Positions 1-11,851 are shown, counted from the stretch's first letter. The stretch: DNA of 50,867 nucleotides from Eledone cirrhosa (GCA_964016885.1 CAXHJY010001356.1:1-50867), one strand, 5' to 3'. The notes: generated by a model from the letters alone, not told the origin. Numbers and translations are program-made.

Positions 1-5
1 GGGGA

Positions 6-74
6 TTGGAAGAGAGTACCGTGTAGTAGATATAGAGCGGGGCAGAGTGATGATGCTAATTGATACAGAGAGGG
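6..74 (+). repeat. Dispersed purine-rich repeat, second copy at 41644-41720
   Basis: 6-36 (TTGGAAGAGAGTACCGTGTAGTAGATATAGA) is identical to 41690-41720; 31-74 resembles 41644-41686. Confidence 0.8.
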
Positions 75-84
75 AAAATGAAAG

Positions 85-355
85 AGAAACGAACTCATAT
101 ACTAAGCATATCTGACGACCTTTCGATTACAGAATCAGGTTCGATCTATAATAGATCTTGCCTCGAGCTGATCGATAGTGAAACATATGTAATATGTTAT
201 TAAATATATGATGCATCACTGAATCCTTGGTCCTTGGACCTCTCAAAATTCGTTTGATATTTTAATTGGATTTTCACCGCGATACTGGATACCAACCCGG
301 AGTACACCTGGACTTCCACCAGGAAATCTTTCGTATCATTGAAATGTTTGTGCTT

Positions 356-358
<3 letters not shown>
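85..358 (+). mobile_element. Putative non-autonomous Penelope-like/retrozyme-type element carrying the hammerhead
   Basis: Hammerhead followed by ~160 bp of non-coding tail that ends at an (AT)n tract (358-387). Minimal hammerheads are an established hallmark of Penelope-like element termini. Boundaries are inferred. Confidence 0.45.
105..198 (+). ncRNA. Type I hammerhead ribozyme (minimal stem III, long stem II)
   Basis: Stem I AGCATAT(105-111)/ATATGTT(192-198); core CTGACGA 112-118; stem II 119-179 is an imperfect hairpin (CT.TCGAT/ATCGA.AG, CAG/CTG, AGG/CCT, GATCTAT/ATAGATC); GAAA 180-183; palindromic stem III ACATATGT 183-190; cleavage triplet GTA 189-191. The stem II closing pair C119/T179 is a mismatch. 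Confidence 0.8.
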
Positions 359-389
<31 letters not shown>

Positions 390-994
390 AGATGAATAAA
401 GTTGGGTTTAATACCAAATTCATACCAAATGCGGAGAAGTTGTATGTAGTTGTCTATTTTTTTTATATATTTATTTTAAGGACAGGCTGTGTTTGTGTAT
501 TTGTGTGCGTGTTTCTGTGTCTGTCTGTGTAGCAGTGTGTGTGTAAGTGTGTATAGAAGTATTTGATCAGGTGTTTGGTAACTACGTGTAGTGTTAGAAT
601 AAGTAGAATCCATGTGTTGAGTACGTAACGTCTGTATAATTTGGTGTAATATATGGTTGCCTGGAAAAGCAATGTTACTTGTGGTTCAATGAAAGAAAGG
701 AAAGACGGAAGAAGGACGGAAGGAAGAAAGAAGTAAAGAAAGAAAGAATGAAGGAAGGAAAGAAACTTATTCCTGATTAGTAGTTCTTTTGTATTACAAA
801 TCAAAACGAGAAATTAAGCTATAGAAAAGCATCTCACTTTCATTTCAGTGGCAGATGTGAATCTATCGCAATAACATCTGCCATTTGATGTGATGATGCT
901 AACAAGAAAATAGAGGGAAATACAGAGAAATAAATAAATAAATAAATAAATAAATAAAATTATCGTCTGCATCATTTGATAAATTACTATTGAC

Positions 995-1050
<56 letters not shown>

Positions 1051-1562
1051 GACTATTGGTAAAGACACTCGCCACTAGTGTTCGGTAAAAAGTTATTCAG
1101 TCTAAAACTTCACCAACTCTCCATATTGTGTCGTTATCTCAAGACAAATAAAGATTTATTTTATTTTATTTTGTTCTTAATTTTGAGGGGAGTGTAGTCT
1201 ACTGGTGGCGTCGGCGGTGGTGGTGGTGGTGGTGGTGGTTGAGTGTAATCTAATGATGGTGGTGGAGTATAGTCTACTGATGGTGGTGGGGTGTGGAAAA
1301 CAAAATCTGGAAAATAAAAAATACGACAGAAAAAATTGTAAATGTATATAAATATAAAAAATATTGTATTGTGTAAAAAACTTTAAAATAACTCTAGTTT
1401 GATGTCGTACTTGTATGTTTGTCAGTAATTTAGTCGCCATATTGACTGTGACAGTGGCTGTCTGGCGGCACCTTCTCTTTAACATACAGATGACATATAC
1501 ACAGAGACATAAACACATGCTCTGATGTAAACACAGGCACACTCACATACACATACACACAC

Positions 1563-1595
<33 letters not shown>

Positions 1596-2151
1596 TATAG
1601 ATATAGATAGAGAAAGAGAGAGACGCATTATGATGTAAACACAAATACATAATGAACGGAACACACACAATCACACAATCACACACACACACAGAGTGAG
1701 ATACAGTAAGACACTGTTTCATGCTGTCATATGTTCTCACACCCTTGTGGCCATTCACACAGAGTTAGGACACAATAGAATTATAGGAAATACGAGAATA
1801 GAATAGATATGAAAAATCACAGCAGTGATATTTAGCTGGAGAGAGAGAGGGAGAGAGAGAGATGGGGGAGAGGGGGGGGGACATATTTGTATACATACAT
1901 ATATAGAGAGAGAGAAACAAATATATATACATCTATATATATAGAGAGAGAAAGACAATGTATATACGTATATATATAGAGAGAGAGAACTATATACGTA
2001 TATATAGAGAGAAAGACAAATATATATATATATACGTATATATAGAAAGAAAGACAAATCTATATACGTATATATAGAGAGAAAGATAAATATATATATA
2101 TATACATATAGAGAGAGATAAATATATATATATACATATATTTAAAGATAA

Positions 2152-2201
<50 letters not shown>

Positions 2202-2454
2202 AGAGAGACATATATATATACATAGATATACAGAGAGAAATATGTATATTGTTACTATATATATATATAGAGAGAGAGGGGGAGAGAGGGAGTGACAGTT
2301 ATAGAGTGAGGTAGACAGAGACTCCATTGAAAATAAAGATGGATACTTTAACAAAACTAATGAATTCAATTGAAGAAATAAATCCGTAAGAAATAATTTT
2401 TAAGAAATAAATTCACTTCTGTCTTTTGTATTTATAATATGGTTGTCACAGCTA

Positions 2455-3545
2455 ATGATGGTATTGATGGTGGTGGTGGTGGTGGTGATGGTGGTGGTGC
2501 TAGTGGTAGTGGTGGTGGTGGTGGTGGTGGTGCTAGTGGTGGTGGTGGTGTTGTCTCTTGAATGGTACGTCATGTTGCTGTGGTGGTGGTAGTGGTGGTA
2601 GTGGTGGTAGTGATTGTCTCATATAAGGATGGTATTGATGGTTTTATTGGTGGTTCTTAATGATGTTGTGGCGGTGCTAGTGGTGGTAGGGGTTGTTGCT
2701 ATTGTGGTGGTGGTGCCAGTGGTTTTGGTTGTTAGTAGTCCTTGTTGTGGTGGTGGTTGTGATTGTTGTAGTGGTGGTGGTGCCAGTGGTTTTGGTTGTT
2801 GTGGTGGTAGTGTTAGTAGTCCTTGTTGTGGTTGTGATTGTTGTAGTGGTAATGGTGCCAGTGGTTTTGGTTGTTGTGGTGGTAGTGTTAGTAGTCCTTG
2901 TTGTGGTTGTGATTGTTGTAGTGGTAGTGGTGCCAGTGGTTTTGGTTGTTGTGGTGGTAGTGTTAGTAGTTCTTGTTGTGGTTGAGATTGTTGTAGTGGT
3001 AATGGTGCCAGTGGTTTTGGTTGTTGTGGTGGTAATGTTAGTAGTCCTTGGTGTGGTGGTGTTTGTGATTGTTGTAGTGGTAGTGGTGCCAGTGCTTTTT
3101 GGTTGTTGTGGTGGTAGTGTTAGTAGTCCTTGTTGTGGTGGTGTTTGTGATTGTTGTAGTGGTAGTGGTGCCAGTGGTTTTTGGTTGTTGTGGTGGTAAT
3201 GTTAGTAGTCCTTGGTGTGGTGGTGGTTGTGATTATTGTAGTGGTAGTGGTGCCAGTGGTTTTTGGTTGTTGTGGAGGTAGTGTTAGTAGTCCTTGTTGT
3301 GGTGGTGGTGGTGGTTGTGATTGTTGTAGTTATTGTGGTGGTAGTGGTTTTGGTAGTGGTTGTTGTTGTTGTTGTTGTTGTTGTGGTAGTGTTAGTAGTC
3401 GCTGTTGTGATGGTATTGGTGGTAGTGGTGATGGTAGTGGTGGTGGTAGTTGCTGTTGGGGTTGTGGCAGTTTTTGTTGTTGTGGTGATGATGATAGTGA
3501 TGATTATAATAGTTGTCATCGTTGTAGTTGGTGATGATGATGATA
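2455..3545. repeat. (GGT/GTT)n low-complexity block with higher-order ~75-82 bp units
   Basis: Recurring TGTTAGTAGTCCTTG...GATTGTTGTAGTGG...GGTGCCAGTGGTTTTGG units from ~2710 to 3330, with 1-nt indels among units. Confidence 0.9.
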
Positions 3546-3796
3546 CTGTTACTGACGTTGCTGAGAGAGGGGGGGTGAAAGCAAGATTATTTTTTCATTC
3601 CTTAGTTTTTAGGTTCTGTGTAAGAAGAGTTAAGTTAATTATAATCCAAGATTGTGTTTCTATGTTGAAAAAATCTAAAACTACCGACAACTACTAACTC
3701 CATTTACTTTTTCGAGGAATTCTACATTTTTTTCCTTCTGTCATCACAAAAATACTTTTGATACACACATGACAAAGTGTTTATACATATATATAC

Positions 3797-3816
3797 AAAT
3801 TCTCTCTCTCTCTCTC

Positions 3817-3871
<55 letters not shown>

Positions 3872-3952
3872 TCTCTCTCTCTCTCTCTCTCACTATATAT
3901 ATATATAAAATCTCTCTCTCTCTCTCTCACTATATATATATATATATATATA

Positions 3953-4002
<50 letters not shown>

Positions 4003-4026
4003 ATATATATATAAATTCTCTCTCTC

Positions 4027-4065
<39 letters not shown>

Positions 4066-4073
4066 TCTCTCTC

Positions 4074-4112
<39 letters not shown>
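3797..4112. repeat. Compound (CT)n-CAC-(TA)n-AAATT repeat
   Basis: About six units of AAATT(CT)nCAC(TA)n with variable tract lengths. Confidence 0.9.
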
Positions 4113-4117
<5 letters not shown>

Positions 4118-4756
4118 GTATGTATGTATATATACATTATAAATGCATTATGTGTATATACATTATAAATGCATTATGTATATATACATTATATATACAT
4201 TATATATATAGAGAGAGAGAGAGGGAGAGGGAGAGAGAGAGAGAAAGAGAGAGAGTGAGTATGTATATATATGTTGCCAATATTTTATTCTCATGTCTCC
4301 ATGTAGCCAACCTGTTGTCCTTATGTCTCCATGTAGCCAGACTTATATCCTCACGTGACTCCTATTGTATTTCGTCAATTTACTTTTAAACCTCCCTCAA
4401 CAGTCATAAAAAACAGTCACAAACATTAGTGTAGAAAACTCTCATCAACTTCTTCTCTCCTAAGTAATCAGTAGTGCTGGTGTGTACAAACTTCAACATC
4501 ATTCTAATAAATATTGCCTGTTCAAGCTAATCAAAGTATGTATACATTTTTGGGGGACACCATGTATATAGAACGATAAAAAAAAAAGCTCGCAGAATAA
4601 CAAAATCAGGGAAAGAAATGTTCTGTAGATCAATCAATTGAATAATAAAATAGTATACTAAATTACTATCGATTTCTATAACGTTGATTAGAAAAAAAAA
4701 ATGTTTTTCCTCAAACCAGAAATATCACTAAATGTGGACTAAAACTTCGTAAAAGT

Positions 4757-5040
4757 TCTTCTTCTTCTTTCTTTTTCTTTTTCTTTTTCTTTTTCTTTTT
4801 CTTTTTCTTTTTCTTTTTCTTTTTCTTTTTCTTCTTCTTCTTAGGGTCGTGGGGACAAAGTCCTCAAACATTCCTTCCAGCAGGTCCTGTCAATAGCAAC
4901 CGTCCATAAACTGATCCGGCTGCTGGATCCCCCAAGCGTGACCAGCCAAGCTCATGGATGTTATCCAACCATCTTGCTCGGGGTCTACCCCTGGGTCTCC
5001 TGCCGGTAAAATCTGTCCATAGTATCGTAGCTGTGATCTT
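4757..5040 (-). mobile_element. 5'-truncated RTE-clade (Expander/Rex3-like) LINE 3' end with (GAA)/(GAAAAA)n tail
   Basis: Minus strand translates KITATILWTDFTGRRPRGRPRARWLDNIHELGWSRLG, then after a frameshift TVAIDRTCWKECLRTLSPRP* (stop at 4841-4843). This matches the RTE C-terminal GRRPRGRP..RW.D motif. A simple-repeat tail (4757-4840) follows directly. Confidence 0.85.
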
Positions 5041-5116
5041 TCAATACTGAGAAGTAGCAGCTCTACCTGGAGTGACTCTCTTATCTTCCGAGCTACACAC
5101 TCTATCGAGTAACGTT

Positions 5117-5266
5117 AGGCAAGATCGGTAGAGCGTCAAACACCATGCTTTGCATCATAATTCAAATCCGCCGAAGTTAACTTTGCCTTTCATCCTTACG
5201 GGGTCGATAAAATAAAGTACCAGTAATGCACTGGGTAATTGCTGGCCTTGTGCCAAAAGTAGAAAT
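5117..5266 (+). mobile_element. tRNA-type cephalopod SINE, internally deleted, with target-site duplication
   Basis: Contains TTCAAATCC..CTTTGCCTTTCATCCTTACGGGGTCGATAAAATAAAGTACCAG..GCTGGCCTTGTGCCAAAA, near-identical to 23078-23171 and 29567-29728. Flanked by TCTATCGAGTAACGTT (5101-5116) and TCTATCAAGTAACATT (5267-5282). Confidence 0.85.
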
Positions 5267-5328
5267 TCTATCAAGTAACATTTCTTCATTAAAATTATTT
5301 ATATTAATATAAAAGAACCTCAACAATT

Positions 5329-5850
5329 CTGGATTAAATGATGTCAACATAGAATATATTAAAGATGGCTGGATTAAATGATGTCAACATAGAATATATT
5401 AAAGATGGCTGGATTAAATGATGTCAACATAGAATATATTAAAGATGGCTGGATTAAATGATGTCAACATAGAATATATTAAAGATGGCTGGATTAAATG
5501 ATGTCAACATAGAATATATTAAAGATGGCTGGATTAAATGATGTCAACATAGAATATATTAAAGATGGCTGGATTAAATGATGTCAACATAGAATATATT
5601 AAAGATGGCTGGATTAAATGATGTCAACATAGAATATATTAAAGATGGCTGGATTAAATGATGTCAACATAGAATATATTAAAGATGGCTGGATTAAATG
5701 ATGTCAACATAGAATATATTAAAGATGGCTGGATTAAATGATGTCAACATAGAATATATTAAAGATGGCTGGATTAAATGATGTCAACATAGAATATATT
5801 AAAGATGGCTGGATTAAATGATGTCAACATAGAATATATTAAAGATGGCT
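5329..5850. repeat. Perfect 40-bp tandem repeat, 13 copies
   Basis: Unit CTGGATTAAATGATGTCAACATAGAATATATTAAAGATGG repeated with no visible variation. Confidence 0.97.
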
Positions 5851-6353
5851 AACACGAACCATTCTCACCTGATCACATAATTACAGGTGTGATATAGAGT
5901 TTTGATAAGTTGAGAAATTATTGTTTTATATTGAGTTCATATTCTGACAGACCAACTGCCGACATTATAATAATGATGGCGGCGTTATCTGTAATGGTGC
6001 TGCTGCTACTACTGCTGGTGGTTGGGGGGGGGGCTACCTATGGTGCTGCTGCTACTACTGCTGGTCGTGGTGGTGGTGGTGGAGTGAAGTTACTACATGA
6101 GGGAAACAGAGAAAGGGTGTGGTGTAGATGAGAGAGGGAGGAGTGGGAGGGAGAAGGACAGAGTGCGTGAGGGAGAGAGAGAGTGTGTGAGGGAGAGGGA
6201 GAGTATGTGAGAGAGTGTGAGGGAGAGAGAGAGTGTGTGTTGGAGAGAGAGAGAGTGTGTGAGGGAGCAATTCTAGAGAACTTTCAATTGAATCTTATCT
6301 TCTAGCTAATCTACACAATTCACTTATCAATAGCGATCTCTGTATTAATATGT

Positions 6354-7269
<916 letters not shown>

Positions 7270-7693
7270 TTATGTATCTCTGGTGGGGATTTTTTTAATC
7301 CTAAGTTATTCAACTATTTTTTTAGTTTAAAATATTTCCACAGGTTTTATTTCAGTATTTTTGTTTTTATTTTTTGTCGTTTTTGTTTCGTAAAAACTAA
7401 TTTATTCACCTTTAAATGTAAAACTTAAGATTTTCTTACAATTTAGGTAACCTTTTGCTTCATATAGCATTTTCAACACAACTAGAAAACATGAAGTAAA
7501 AATTAAAAAGCCTGCTGAGAAAAACGCTTTGAATAAAATTAAAAAACAATGACAAACAACATTTAAGATATCTCTGGAAACTTATTTCAGTTACAAAATA
7601 TAACGTCTTCTAATTGCGAATGATGTTAGACTTATAAACTTTGCAGGAAGAATTTTACTGAAATTTTCTTTTAAAATGTTTCAACGAACAACG

Positions 7694-7795
7694 AAATGTT
7701 TTCTCTAAATCAATGAAAATATATTCTAAACTTTCCGTTTTTTGTTTTGTTTTGTTTTTCCAATGTTCCAGAATGATAAAGACGTGGTGAATTGT
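7694..7795 (-). pseudogene. Possible decayed non-LTR reverse transcriptase fragment
   Basis: Minus translation TIHHVFIILEHWK...SLEYIFIDLEKTF resembles the LINE RT motif T.D.IF.L......L...FIDLEKAFD. It is short and interrupted by a (CAAAA)n expansion. Confidence 0.4.
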
Positions 7796-7802
7796 GGGAA
7801 AG

Positions 7803-7947
7803 ATTGTTTGGTGATAGTAATAGCTATATTGGTGTTTTGGTGACATTGTTTGGTGATGGTAATAACGATATTGGTGTTGTGGTGACATTGTTTGGTGATA
7901 GTAATAGCTATACTGTTGTGATGTCATTGTTTGTTGGGAATAATAGC
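7803..7947. repeat. ~42-bp minisatellite, ~3.5 diverged copies
   Basis: Unit ATTGTTTGGTGAT(A/G)GTAATA..TATTGGTGTT.TGGTGAC. Confidence 0.85.
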
Positions 7948-8149
7948 AGACAATGTTTGGTTTGTGTGAATGAATATAGTCAGCATTATAAACTTGAAAC
8001 CGTTTCAGAGGAATCCATTCACATAGAACCATTCTCGTCATTTATTATGAACATAAACCATGTAACACAATACTAGAAACACAAAAAAAATGTATATCAT
8101 ATTGAGTGTACTACCAGCTTTCTATACACGACACTATATGTATGTATGC

Positions 8150-8217
<68 letters not shown>

Positions 8218-8812
8218 ATATATATATATATATATATTCTATATATACTGTATATATATATACATACATATTTTGTATAACCTCCCCATTTTTTATATTG
8301 TATTATATACATATTTATTATATATTTATTATATATTTATTATATATTTTTTATATAAATTTGTTTCTTTCTTGCTGTACATATGTTGTGGTCATCAGTA
8401 GAATTGGTGTCAGGCATATGTTGTTCCCAGGGGAAGTAAAGGGGCGACATGGTGTGTATCAAATATATACCTAATTTAATAAAGGGACTAAACAATTTAA
8501 CAAGAACGAGAATGAGAAGAAAAAGAATCTCGTACAAAAAATACAAACAGAAAATATAAATCGAATTCGATGTCTCGTCTGTATAAAATGGCGTCATTTG
8601 TTCATTGGTGTGTGTTTGTCGTTTCTATCTTCTGTTAATAAGGTTAAATTCTGTGACGGTTTATAGATTCAAGAGAAAATATATTGAGGAACGAAAACCT
8701 CAAACCTCACCAAAAACACTGAAAACCCCAACACCAACACCAACACCAACACATATACATATACATATATATACACACATATATATATATATAAGGATAT
8801 ATATATATATAA

Positions 8813-8859
<47 letters not shown>

Positions 8860-9224
8860 TACATATATACATATATATACTATATATATATATATACATA
8901 TATACATATATATACTATATATATATATACACATATACATATATATACTATATATATATACTATATATATATATATATATATACATATATACATATATAC
9001 ATATATATACTATATATATATATACATATATACATATATACATATGTATATATATATATATATATATATAGTATATATAAGTATATATATATATACATAA
9101 GTATATATATATATATATATATACATAAGTATATATGTGTATATATATATATATATATACTTAAGTATATATATACATAAGTATATATATATACTTATAT
9201 ATATATATAACTATATATAGACTT

Positions 9225-9258
<34 letters not shown>

Positions 9259-9388
9259 TTATATACATACACACACACACAAATATATATATATATATAT
9301 GTATAGGTATTGAAGTTTCCGTTGAAAATTGAAAAAGTCAGAGGAATGAAGAGTGCTCTATGTAAGTTACAGATTGTTTATTATACAT

Positions 9389-9433
<45 letters not shown>

Positions 9434-9572
9434 GTATATAAGGTGGAATTTGTAGTTTACCTGAAGCATTGTATAAAGAATTCGAAGTTTGACAGCCACG
9501 ACAAAGCGGAATGGGCGGATAAACAAATAATAATTCGTAAGAAACTAGGACGGTTTTTTACCTGAATTTATG

Positions 9573-9610
9573 TCCTGATATTTCGAGATTAACATCTCTT
9601 CTTCCGAGGA
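9573..9610 (-). ncRNA. Variant or degenerate minimal hammerhead motif (Penelope-type)
   Basis: Minus strand reads TCCT-CGGAAGA-A-GAGAT-GTTA-ATCTC-GAAA-TA-TC-AGGA. Stem I is TCCT/AGGA and stem II is GAGAT/ATCTC. The core has U4>G and an extra A after position 9. Confidence 0.5.
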
Positions 9611-9914
9611 AAATAAAGGAACTATTGCAGTCTCCGATGCAGCATGGTAGATAGATATATAGATAGATAGATATTTCATTTTATTTTATTTTATTTCTAT
9701 TTTATTTTATTTTATTAAATTTTTATAATACTTTATTTTATTATTTATCTTATTTTATTTCTATTTAATTTTATTTTATTTTAATTCATTTTATTTTATT
9801 TTATTTTGTTATTTGATTTATTTTATTTTATTTTAATTTAATTTAATCTAATTTAATATATTTTATTATGAAAGTAGGTTTATAAGTAATATTTTTCAGT
9901 AGATATTTGTAGCA

Positions 9915-9986
9915 GTTTCTGTGGCCTAGTGGGAAGTGTTAGGTACAGCGGAGAACCTGTTCCGGGGTTCAATTCTACTCGGGAAT
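9915..9986 (+). pseudogene. tRNA-like Pol III unit, copy 1
   Basis: 72 nt; A box TGGCCTAGTGG 9922-9932; B box GGTTCAATTC 9966-9975 with T54-T55-C56-A58 at canonical positions; ends GTTTCTG/CGGGAAT pair with G-U; T5 run at 10011. Anticodon and T arms are non-canonical. Confidence 0.65.
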
Positions 9987-10171
9987 GCATGTACCTGTGT
10001 TCTATTAATCTTTTTCAATTTTCCTATTGCAACTCTTAGAAGAAAATTGAAAAAGTTTAGTGAGAGATCCAATGTCTATTTATTTAATTTTATCTTATTT
10101 TAATTCATTTATTTCAATTTTATTCTGAAAGTAGGTTTATAAGTATGAATTTTCAGTAGATTCTTGTAGTA

Positions 10172-10243
10172 GTCTCGGTGGCTTAGTGGGAAGTACTAGG
10201 GATGGTGAGATCCTAGTCTGAAGGTTCAGTCCTGGTTTGGGAT
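10172..10243 (+). pseudogene. tRNA-like Pol III unit, copy 2
   Basis: 72 nt; A box TGGCTTAGTGG 10179-10189; B-box-like GGTTCAGTCC 10223-10232; central stem ACTAGG/CCTAGT. It lies in a diverged tandem duplicate of copy 1 (offset 257 bp). Confidence 0.6.
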
Positions 10244-10364
10244 TTAGTCCTGGTCAGGAGATACAAGTAGGCTGTCCTATTTATATTTTGTAATTTTCGT
10301 ATTCCAGCTCTTAGAAAAAAAAATTGAAAATGTTTCGTGCGAGCCCCTATGTGTACTTATTTTG

Positions 10365-10490
10365 TTTTATTTTATTTTATTTTATTTTATTTTATTTTAT
10401 TTTATTTTATTTTATTTTATTTTATTTTATTTTATTTTATTTTATTTTATTTTATTTTATTTTATTTTATTTTATTTTATTTTATTTTAT
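10365..10490. repeat. (TTTTA)n pentanucleotide microsatellite
   Basis: Seen directly. Confidence 0.95.
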
Positions 10491-10619
10491 CAATAAAATG
10501 AAAAGACAGAAAGTAAGATGTAAAGGAATGAAGGTGGAGAGGATGTGATGGAGAAAATAAGGGACCGAAATCGTGTTCCTTTGGTGGGTTTTTAGAGTAA
10601 AGTTACTGGATAGAGTGTA

Positions 10620-11539
10620 GAGATGGTAGCTTCTGACAGGTCTGGAGACGGTAGCTTCTGGAAGGTCTGTAGATGATAGCTTCTAGAAGGCCAGGAGACG
10701 GTGGCTTCTGGAAGGTCTGGAGACGGTAGCTTCTGGAAGGTCTGGAAACGGTGGCTTCTGGAAGGTCTGGAGATGGTGACTTCTGGAAGGTCTGGAGACG
10801 GTAGCTTCTGGAAGGTCTGGAAACGGTGGCTTCTGGAAGGTCTGGAGACGGTGGCTTCTGGAAGGTCTGGAGACGGTAGCTTCTGGAAGGTCTGGAGACG
10901 GTGGCTTCTGGAAGGTCTGGAGACGGTAGCTTCTGGAAGGTCTGGAAACGGTAGCTTCTGGAAGGTCTGTAGATGATAGCTTCTAGAAGGCCAGGAGACG
11001 GTGGCTTCTGGAAGGTCTGGAAACGGTAGCTTCTGGAAGGTCTGGAGACGGTGGCTTCTGGAAGGTCTGGAGACGGTAGCTTCTGGAAGGTCTGGAAACG
11101 GTGGCTTCTGGAAGGTCTGGAGACGGTAGCTTCTGGAAGGTCTGGAAACGGTAGCTTCTGGAAGGTCTGTAGATGATAGCTTCTAGAAGGCCAGGAGACG
11201 GTGGCTTCTGGAAGGTCTGGAAACGGTAGCTTCTGGAAGGTCTGGAAACGGTGGCTTCTGGAAGGTCTGGAGACGGTAGCTTCTGGAAGGTCTGGAAACG
11301 GTAGCTTCTGGAAGGTCTGTAGATGATAGCTTCTAGAAGGCCAGGAGACGGTGGCTTCTGGAAGGTCTGGAGACGGTAGCTTCTGGAAGGTCTGGAAACG
11401 GTAGCTTCTGGAAGGTCTGGAAACGGTGGCTTCTGGAAGGTCTGGAGACGGTAGCTTCTGGAAGGTCTGGAAACGGTAGCTTCTGATAAGACTGGAGATG
11501 GTGACTTCTGGAAGGTCTGGAGACGGTGACTTCTGGAAG
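10620..11539. repeat. 25-bp minisatellite, ~37 copies with recurring variants
   Basis: Unit GT(A/G)GCTTCTGGAAGGTCTGGA(G/A)ACG. A variant pair (..TCTGTAGATGATAGCTTCTAGAAGGCCAGG..) recurs at 10661, 10961, 11161 and 11311. Confidence 0.97.
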
Positions 11540-11768
11540 CGGGCTTGAGGAATCAACCTCATTGACACTACAAGGAATAAGTGGGCGAAGACGGAGAAGA
11601 AGAAGAAGAAGAAGAAGAAAAAGTGAATATAAGAAATACAGAGACAGTGAAGGAAGAAGTTAATAGAAAGGAAATATGGAGTAAAGGGAGATGGAAGAAA
11701 TAAAGTAAAGTTGTTGTCATGATAGAAAGACTTAATGACATCTGCATATATAAACATATTTACAGCAG

Positions 11769-11851
<83 letters not shown>

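Noticed and set aside
1743-1838. Minus-strand exon after a (CT)n-CAG acceptor
   Set aside because: Stops in all three frames and a weak donor.
2614-3534. Cys/Gly-rich keratin-associated-protein-like ORFs
   Set aside because: Arise from (GGT/TGT)n repeats, have no ATG start and are frameshifted between units.
4140-4180. TAAATGCATTAT (miR-277-like)
   Set aside because: Part of a short AT-rich tandem duplication with no precursor hairpin.
5329-5850. CRISPR-like array
   Set aside because: Contiguous identical units without spacers, in a eukaryotic context with no cas genes.
9915-10243. Functional tRNA genes
   Set aside because: Anticodon loops are not 7 nt and T stems are poorly paired; kept only as tRNA-like units.
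10603-11757. 384-aa repetitive ORF
   Set aside because: The 25-bp unit is not a multiple of 3 and the N-terminus comes from low-complexity DNA.
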